Source: an uncultured bacterium
Lineage (GTDB): Bacteria; B130-G9
NCBI GenBank assembly: GCA_965372715.1
Contig: CBDVDH010000014.1
Coordinates: 4,298-68,297, forward strand
Reading direction: 5' to 3'
DNA length: 64,000 nt
This document shows, in pieces, positions 57,457 to 64,000 of the stretch. The notes beneath the pieces were generated by a model. That model was not told the origin of the DNA and searched no databases. It worked only from the letters and a program-made list of their open reading frames with translations. The translations under genes were made by a program, and so were the position numbers. Numbering within the stretch: the first letter of the stretch is position 1; every line of letters starts with the position of its first letter.

Positions 57457-58755
57457 CTATATGCCGAGCACCTTCCGATAGCCAAAGATGTCCAGGAAGC
57501 CATGTCCCGACATGTTGAAGGCGATGACCTTCGCCTCGCCTGTTTCACGGCACTTGATTGCCTGATCGATCGCATAAGCCAAGCCGTAGGCGGATTCTGG
57601 CGCGGGTATGAAGCCCTCGCAGGTCGTAAATAGCCTGGCTCGCTCGAAGACGTATTTCTCGTCCTGCGGATACGCGATCGTGTCGATATAGCCCTTGTGC
57701 CTCAGCAGGCTCAAGATTGGCGCGGCGCCGTGATAGCGCAGCCCGTCGGCGTATATCGGCAGCATATCGATCTTATGGCCGAGGGTGCACATCTTCAGAA
57801 GAGGCGTTATCTCAGCGTAGTCAGCGTGGTCATAGCGATACTCTCCCGTCAGGTTCGGTGAAACCTCGGTCTGGACTCCAACGAACTTGGTCTTTTTACC
57901 CTCTATGATAGCGTCGCGCAAGAAGGGTATCGCAAAGCCGCCGAAGTTGCTGCCGCCGCCCAGGCAGGAGATCACCATATCCGGATAGTCGCCAGCCATC
58001 TCAAACTGCTTCTTGGCCTCAAGGCCGATGATCGTCTGATGCAGGAGGACGTGGTTGAGAACCGAGCCGAGGCAATAGACCGCCTTGTCGTCCCGCTGCG
58101 AATCCTCGAGGCCCTCTGAGATGGCGATGCCCAGGGAACCCGGATGCTTGTTATTCTGCTCGTAGAGCTTTCTGCCGAATTCCGTCATAGGACTGGGTGA
58201 GGCGTGGACCTCGGCGCCGTACATCTTCATAAGGGCCAGACGGTCAACCTTCCAGTCGTGAACCGCCCGAACCCAGAAGACGGTGCATTTGAGTCCCGCA
58301 AGCGCCGCGGCATACGAGAGCGCGGTCCCCCACTGGCCGGCGCCTGTTTCAGTAGTTACACGTTCAAAGCCTTCCTTCTTGGCATAATACACCTGAGGCA
58401 ATGCTGTGTTGACTTTGTGGCTGCCTGTGGGACTGTAGAACTCGGCCTTATAGTAGATTCTGGCTGGTGTATTGAGGTGCTTTTCTAGATTGACGGCCCT
58501 GAAAAGCTGCCGAGGCCTGCCCGCCTTCCAGTAAAGCTCGAGCACCTCCGGTGGGATATCTATCCAGCGCTCCTGCGACATCTCCTGCTTGAGGCATTCG
58601 TTGACCAGGAGCTTCGGCAGCTGCTCAAGCCGCGATGGGCCCTCGTCAGGGTCCTTCGGCGGTGGCATCTGCTCCGGAAGGTCGGGGATGATGTTATACC
58701 ATCTCGTCGGCATGTCCTCTGGTCTAAGCGAAAACTGAACTTTGCACTGCGTCAT
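57457..58755 (-). CDS. trpB: TrpB2-type tryptophan synthase beta-like PLP enzyme (start at the Met preceded by GGAGG).
   Basis: N-terminal RPEDMPTRWYNIIPDLPEQMPPPKDP is characteristic of the TrpB2 subfamily. PLP-fold blocks GSHKVNTAL and GGGSNFGG are present. The ORF track start at 58803 lacks an RBS; the Met at 58755 has GGAGGAAGAG upstream. Confidence 0.8.
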   Translation of the reverse strand: MTQCKVQFSLRPEDMPTRWYNIIPDLPEQMPPPKDPDEGPSRLEQLPKLLVNECLKQEMSQERWIDIPPEVLELYWKAGRPRQLFRAVNLEKHLNTPARIYYKAEFYSPTGSHKVNTALPQVYYAKKEGFERVTTETGAGQWGTALSYAAALAGLKCTVFWVRAVHDWKVDRLALMKMYGAEVHASPSPMTEFGRKLYEQNNKHPGSLGIAISEGLEDSQRDDKAVYCLGSVLNHVLLHQTIIGLEAKKQFEMAGDYPDMVISCLGGGSNFGGFAIPFLRDAIIEGKKTKFVGVQTEVSPNLTGEYRYDHADYAEITPLLKMCTLGHKIDMLPIYADGLRYHGAAPILSLLRHKGYIDTIAYPQDEKYVFERARLFTTCEGFIPAPESAYGLAYAIDQAIKCRETGEAKVIAFNMSGHGFLDIFGYRKVLGI

Positions 58756-59202
58756 CTCTTCCTCCAATTGGATTGTTGTATTGGGAACAAGGAGCCTACA
58801 CAAGGTTCACGGTGCGCTATATCAATAATGCCTCAGACTGTCAACATGATTGGCTGAGCCCGAAAAATCAGATTGGGCCTAGCAAAGAGAGCCTTATGGA
58901 GTGCGGCGGCCTGACGCCGCTTTTCTTGGCGGTGACCCGGCGCCGCCTTCTCAAGACTGCGCTTGAGCTGGGCTCGCCGCGGCGCCTCAACTTGCCACCC
59001 CGCTAGGCGCAAAGAAGCCGCACTGGCGGCCCGCGAAAAGGATGAGTTCCGCTATGTGGGCCGACCGAAGGCCCGCCATTCTGCGTCCCATAGATACGTT
59101 CGAGAAAGCAGAAGAGACCTTCAAAGAGGCTCGGCTCTCCCAGTCAGCGGAGCTCGCTCGCGGTCTGCAAGAGGTGTTCGGGTGGTTAGGTACATCGCCC
59201 TG

Positions 59203-60048
59203 TTAAGCAGTGTAATCCTTTCGGTACGCGTAAATCAGAATATCTTGAATTCGTTGACGTTCAAGAGGTCGCTTCAGACGACTTTCGGTTTGATATCCAA
59301 ATCCCGCATCCTCCAATATCCGCAGAATCCGCGAAAACACATCAGCGTCTTTTGCAATGTGGTGGTGATATTCAATCACCATTTGCTTTATGTAACGCAA
59401 TTTTAATTTATTGCTAAGCTCTTCCACGATATTTAATTCGGCGCCCTCGACATCCATCTTAACGAAATCAACTTCTCTATCTATGTACTTCGACAAACAT
59501 CTGGCTTCAACCACCTGTCTTTGCTTTGGCATTCTCTCCCGTATGGTGCTCATCTTAAGTGAGCCTGGATTATCTTGGTCGAACCACAAGTCTATTTCTC
59601 CTTCTTTGTTTGAAATGGCCTTGTTGACTATCTCAACGGACTTAAGCCCATTTAGTCTTACGTTGGTTTCCAAACAAGAATATGCTTCTCTATCCGGCTC
59701 AAAAGCTAAGATTTCTGAATCTGGATATATCATCTTGAAGTAGAGAACCGACATCCCTATGTTGCTTCCACAATCAATGATGAATGGGTCCGTTTTGTCA
59801 GTAATGAAGTGATATGCTTGGCCAAGAAAAATCGCCGTGAAAAGGCGTGAAAAAGTCCGGTAGCTACAGAATTTCACTTTGTATCCTACGACGTTTACCA
59901 TTCTGTTCTGCGAATCGTATCTTTTTAGAAAGATCGCCATCAAATAGGATATGCGGATCTTGCGCTTCAGGTCCTTTGGCAGATCCAAAATGCCGAATTG
60001 CCTTAATGTGCTACACGAACGGCACATATTCTCGATTAACCGTTTCAT
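59203..60048 (-). CDS. FkbM-family SAM-dependent methyltransferase.
   Basis: FIIDCGSNIGMSVLYF...AFEPDREAYSCLETNV is the FkbM methyltransferase domain signature. GC is low (about 40%) relative to the flanks. Confidence 0.75.
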   Translation of the reverse strand: MKRLIENMCRSCSTLRQFGILDLPKDLKRKIRISYLMAIFLKRYDSQNRMVNVVGYKVKFCSYRTFSRLFTAIFLGQAYHFITDKTDPFIIDCGSNIGMSVLYFKMIYPDSEILAFEPDREAYSCLETNVRLNGLKSVEIVNKAISNKEGEIDLWFDQDNPGSLKMSTIRERMPKQRQVVEARCLSKYIDREVDFVKMDVEGAELNIVEELSNKLKLRYIKQMVIEYHHHIAKDADVFSRILRILEDAGFGYQTESRLKRPLERQRIQDILIYAYRKDYTA

Positions 60049-60266
60049 TCAAAGCCCTCTTGATAATGCACGACTGCCTACCAAGAATTGTACAGACAGC
60101 ATGAATCTGTAAAGACAGACTGTCGCCTTCTCTGTGAGACCTGCCCAGCGATTAGGTCGGTGGGCTGAAAGACAAGATGGAAAAAGGCGCTTTTGGTCAA
60201 GTGATAGCGCCGCTCCGAACGGAAACCCGGCAAGTAACGCCCGGACTACGACCGCAGAACCCGGCG

Positions 60267-60863
60267 CTAGGCCTGCCCGGCGCTTTGGCCCAGTTTGCGG
60301 CCCTCGTCGAAGGCCTTCAGATTCAGCTCGATGTGCTTCTTGGGTACACGGCTCTTGATCGCCTCTTTCCAGGTTTCCTCTGTGAAGTCCAGCTTAGAGG
60401 ACATTGCACCCAGCAGGACTACGTTCATGGCCCGGATGTTGCCCAGCCTCTCGGCTACCGATGCGGCGTCAATCGCCAGGACCCTCAGATTCTGCGCCCG
60501 CATCTTGTCGAGCACGTCGTGCGGGTATTGCTTGCCCATGACGTGAATGATCGGGGGAACTATCTCGGTCGTGGCGGTGACGATCTCACCGTCGGGCGAG
60601 AGGTATTCTGTCCACCTGCCGGCTTCGGCCTTCTCAAACGAAAGGATGATATCGGCTGAACCTTTCGATATGAGGGGCGAATAGACGCGCTCGGCGTATC
60701 GGACGTGGCTGGAGACGATGCCGCCTCTTTGGGCCATCCCGTGAACCTCGCTTTTCTTGACGTCAAAGCCCTGCATCATCGCCGCTTGGGAGATCACTTC
60801 CGAGGCGAGCAGTATCCCCTGGCCGCCTACGCCTACGAGTAACAGATTCTTGCCTTCGCTCAT
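60267..60863 (-). CDS. iorB: Indolepyruvate:ferredoxin oxidoreductase beta subunit.
   Basis: LLVGVGGQGILLASEVISQAAM; it overlaps the upstream iorA by 4 nt. Confidence 0.85.
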   Translation of the reverse strand: MSEGKNLLLVGVGGQGILLASEVISQAAMMQGFDVKKSEVHGMAQRGGIVSSHVRYAERVYSPLISKGSADIILSFEKAEAGRWTEYLSPDGEIVTATTEIVPPIIHVMGKQYPHDVLDKMRAQNLRVLAIDAASVAERLGNIRAMNVVLLGAMSSKLDFTEETWKEAIKSRVPKKHIELNLKAFDEGRKLGQSAGQA

Positions 60864-62710
60864 TTATCCTCTTCCTTTATGTGGATTGCGTCCACCGGAC
60901 AGACCTGGGCACAGACCGAGCATCCCGTGCAAAAGAACGCCTCAATTCGGGCCTTACTCTTGGTCTTGCCGTCAACCTCTTCCTGCATGGCGACTATCGC
61001 GGGGCAGCCAAGTTCCAGGCACTTGCGACAACCGATGCAGGCCTCCTCATCGACGCAATAGGGGATCACCTTCGGCCCAAAGCGGAGTCTGTCAAGGACG
61101 CACTCACGCCTCGTGATTATCACGGAGGGCTCGTTGGCAGCTATCTCCTCCGACATTACGCTTTCCAGTTCCGATAGGTCGTAGGGGTCAACTACGCGCA
61201 CCCGCCGCACACCGACGGCCCTGCATAAATCCTCTAAAATAAGCTTGGTGGTTGGCTCATCGCGAATGGTCCTGCCCATGGCCGGATTCTGCTGGCCGCC
61301 GGTCATCGCCGTCGTGCCGTTGTCCATGATAATCACCGTAACGCTGCCCTTATTATAGACGACGTCCACAAGCCCGGTAATCCCCGAATGCACGAACGTC
61401 GAATCGCCTATGATCGCCACCACCGGCTCGGCGTTGTCCGTTAAACCAAGCGCCTTGCTGACCCCCATCGCGTTGGTGATGCTCGCGCCCATGCAAATGC
61501 ACGAGTCCATCATCGAAAGCGGCGGCAGGACCCCGAGCGTGTAGCAGCCGATGTCTCCGAGTGCTATAGGCTTGAATTTCTTGAGGACGTAGAAGGGTCC
61601 TCTGTGCGGACATCCTGCGCAAAGCGTCGGCGGTCTGGGCAGGTCCTGGCCAGCATCCGTGGCTTGGGTCCGCTCGGAGACTCCCGAAGCCACGATCGGA
61701 TGATCGGCCGAGATGGCCACCAGCCCCTTCTTGACTCCCGTTTTGAGGCCCTCGCGCACCAGATCAGGCGAGAGCTCGCCCTCCCGCGGGAAGAGCTCCT
61801 TGCCCAGCACCTTGTGGCCAGCCGCCTGAAGCTGCTCCTCTAGAAACGGCTCAAGCTCCTCGACGACGATCAGCTGATCGACCGACTCGGCGAACTCTGC
61901 GATGCGCGTCAGCGGAAGTGGATACGTTAGGCCAAGCTTGAGATAGGAGGCGCTCGGGAATACCTCTCTTGCGTGTTCATAAGCGACCCCGGAGCTGATG
62001 ATTCCGATCCTGGCATCATCCCCCGACCCGCGCTCAACGTAGTTCAACGTGCATTCGTTACTGTATTCCTGGAGCTGCTCAAGCCTCTTGAGAACTGCCG
62101 ACCGCCTCTTCCTGGCGTTAGCGGGGACCATCACCCACTTGCCGGGGCTGCGCTCGAAGCCCTTGACCTCGTGCTCGACCCGCTCAGAGACCTCAACAAT
62201 ACCCTTAGAGTGGTTCACCCTGGTCGTCGTCCGAAGCATGACTGGCGTGTTGAAACGTTCGCTTAGCTCCAAGCCCACAGCGACCATCTCCTTCGCCTCA
62301 GCCGAATCGGACGGCTCCAACAGCGGGATAAGCATGAACTTCGCCAGGTAGCGGTTATCTTGCTCGTTCTGAGAACTGTGCATTGCTGGATCGTCCGCCG
62401 AGATAAACACGAAGCCGCCATTGACTCCTGCGCACGAGAAGGTTGACAACGGGTCCATCGCCACGTTCACACCTACGTGCTTCATAGCGGCTAAGGACCT
62501 TGCACCGGCCATCGAGGCGCCCTGAGCGACCTCTACCGCGACCTTCTCGTTCACCGACCATTCGCAATATATCTCCTTGTAATGCTTTACCGCCTCGAGT
62601 ATCTCAGTGCTCGGGGTGCCCGGATATGCCGTCGCAACGTGTACACCCGCCTCCCATGCGCCTCGCGCGATGGCCTCGTTTCCAGAAAGGAATAGTTTGT
62701 TCATTTGCAC
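60860..62710 (-). CDS. iorA: Indolepyruvate:ferredoxin oxidoreductase alpha subunit (TPP and 2x[4Fe-4S]).
   Basis: N-terminal MNKLFLSGNEAIARGAWEAGV, TPP block GDIGCY and C-terminal ferredoxin motifs CIGCRKC...CTGCSVCAQVCP; length 616 aa. Confidence 0.9.
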   Translation of the reverse strand: MQMNKLFLSGNEAIARGAWEAGVHVATAYPGTPSTEILEAVKHYKEIYCEWSVNEKVAVEVAQGASMAGARSLAAMKHVGVNVAMDPLSTFSCAGVNGGFVFISADDPAMHSSQNEQDNRYLAKFMLIPLLEPSDSAEAKEMVAVGLELSERFNTPVMLRTTTRVNHSKGIVEVSERVEHEVKGFERSPGKWVMVPANARKRRSAVLKRLEQLQEYSNECTLNYVERGSGDDARIGIISSGVAYEHAREVFPSASYLKLGLTYPLPLTRIAEFAESVDQLIVVEELEPFLEEQLQAAGHKVLGKELFPREGELSPDLVREGLKTGVKKGLVAISADHPIVASGVSERTQATDAGQDLPRPPTLCAGCPHRGPFYVLKKFKPIALGDIGCYTLGVLPPLSMMDSCICMGASITNAMGVSKALGLTDNAEPVVAIIGDSTFVHSGITGLVDVVYNKGSVTVIIMDNGTTAMTGGQQNPAMGRTIRDEPTTKLILEDLCRAVGVRRVRVVDPYDLSELESVMSEEIAANEPSVIITRRECVLDRLRFGPKVIPYCVDEEACIGCRKCLELGCPAIVAMQEEVDGKTKSKARIEAFFCTGCSVCAQVCPVDAIHIKEEDK

Positions 62711-62721
62711 CTCTATAAAGA

Positions 62722-63705
62722 TTATGAGTCGAACTTGATCTCTGACGTCAGAATACGCTCCAGCGCTGGCGGTGAAAGGGCAACCTTCTTGAGATGTTCG
62801 GAAAGTAAAACGCCCAACACTATCGAGTCGAGCTTGCTCTTCCGCGAGTCCGCCCTAGATACGATTAGGACCGGGCTGCTTGCCCCGACGATCAGACCCG
62901 CGAATCCCGCGTGTGCAAACATCGACAACGACTTGCTCAGCAGATTGCCCTCCTCGATGGAGTTGACGATGAGAACGTCGGCGTCCCCGGCAACGTCGCT
63001 TCTTGAGCCAAGCATGTCGCCGGCTTCGTGCGTTACGGCGGCGTCAAGCGTGAGCGGGCCATCCACGATACAGCCGCGTATCTGGCCCCGCTGCGACATC
63101 TTCGACAGAACCGCCGCCTCGACGGCCCTTGGCATCGCTGGATTGACCGTGTCCGCCGCGGAGAGGATCGCCACCTTGGGGTTCTTGATGCCCAAAGCGT
63201 TTGCCACGACGACCGCGTTGTCAATGATCTGTATCTTGTCCTCGAGCGTCGGAGCGATGTTCATCCCCGGGTCAGACATGATCAAGAGCTTTGGGTGCGT
63301 CGGAACCTCGTAAACTCCTACGTGGCTCAATATCCTCCTGGTCCGCAGGCCAATTGCTTTGTCGAGCACAGCGCGCAGCACTGTCGAGGTCTGCGCCTTG
63401 CCCTTCAGGACCATGTCCGCCTCACCAGATGAAACTAGGCGAACCGCCTCGCGCGCCGCCTGAGCAGCGTCGGGTGTATCGACGATGCGATAGTCCTTTT
63501 CACGCATCCCCAGCGCTTCCATCAACGGCAGTATCTTGGCCTTCTCGCCGGTCAGTATCCCGCGAACAAGTCCCTCCTCAAAAGCGTCGTGAACCGCCTG
63601 CAATACATGCTCGTCGGCTGCTTCCGCTACCGTGAGCCGTTTGGGGCCGGCCTTCGTCGCGAGCTCCCTCGCCCGCTGATACATCACCTCAAAATTGGGG
63701 ATCAC
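62722..63705 (-). CDS. ptb: Phosphate butyryl/acetyl-transferase (Pta/Ptb family).
   Basis: The 327 aa protein matches the Ptb family throughout (by eye), e.g. blocks ...LVSSGEADMVLKG... and the C-terminal AGDADVLIVNSIEEGN. Confidence 0.75.
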   Translation of the reverse strand: MIPNFEVMYQRARELATKAGPKRLTVAEAADEHVLQAVHDAFEEGLVRGILTGEKAKILPLMEALGMREKDYRIVDTPDAAQAAREAVRLVSSGEADMVLKGKAQTSTVLRAVLDKAIGLRTRRILSHVGVYEVPTHPKLLIMSDPGMNIAPTLEDKIQIIDNAVVVANALGIKNPKVAILSAADTVNPAMPRAVEAAVLSKMSQRGQIRGCIVDGPLTLDAAVTHEAGDMLGSRSDVAGDADVLIVNSIEEGNLLSKSLSMFAHAGFAGLIVGASSPVLIVSRADSRKSKLDSIVLGVLLSEHLKKVALSPPALERILTSEIKFDS

Positions 63706-64000
63706 AATAGTCGCTAACCTCGCTATCCAAGCGAATTGACAGGATCATCCCGTCTGCAAATACAACTCAGAACCTGCGGTCCTACGCGAGTTTGTTAAAA
63801 CTATCGCAAACCCACCGGCGGTTCAAGGTCAATATCCAGAGAAGCTTCCGAAAAACGGAAACCGGAGAAACTCCGCCCGACGTGTTGAAGTTGTGTGGCG
63901 CATCTTGTAGATTCTCTTGTCTTGATTGAGGGCCTCTGTGGGTTTGCATTACTAGCTCGAAAGCAATGAGTTCGACCAAAACGACAACGGGGACTAATTT

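Overview
This is a high-GC (about 60%) bacterial chromosomal segment on which core metabolic operons alternate with several accessory islets. The most notable candidates are a TIR plus HEAT-repeat gene pair in a low-GC islet at tRNA-Pro, an array of orphan Rhs toxin-tip cassettes at tRNA-Leu, and three beta-helix surface-protein genes each coupled to a conserved 63-aa Cys peptide gene. All domain calls are by eye from motifs and none has been checked against a database. Core genes: gap-pgk-tpiA-secG followed by tRNA-Leu(GAG); system II cytochrome c biogenesis (ResB/CcsA) next to gmhA and a SAM methyltransferase; a NodU-type carbamoyltransferase flanked by two secreted metallophosphoesterase-like paralogs; a heterodimeric ABC exporter pair; urocanase hutU; an M42 aminopeptidase; thpR; a TrpB2-type tryptophan synthase beta-like enzyme; and iorB-iorA-ptb for aromatic amino acid fermentation. 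Accessory regions: (1) a low-GC 3.7-kb islet next to tRNA-Pro(TGG), bounded by about 170-bp direct repeats, holding an overlapping TIR-domain gene and HEAT-like repeat gene plus IS256-type transposase remnants and a LivF-like ABC ATPase pseudogene lacking its P-loop. (2) Directly after tRNA-Leu, five orphan Rhs/YD-repeat C-terminal cassettes with different tips, several carrying glycine-zipper segments, interleaved with membrane, lipoprotein or secreted immunity-like ORFs. (3) Three parallel beta-helix surface-protein genes with a shared C-terminal domain; two are translationally coupled through an ATGA overlap to conserved 63-aa Cys-containing peptide genes under evident purifying selection, and the third is followed by a decayed remnant. 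(4) A 254-bp exact-boundary duplication of the hutU 5' end bracketing an inserted Reg_prop beta-propeller gene. (5) A dispersed GC-rich palindromic repeat family with core GTAGGGCGG...CCGCCCTAC, including a perfect 27-bp inverted pair and a 4x27-bp tandem array after secG. Many long antisense ORFs in the six-frame track are artefacts of high GC.
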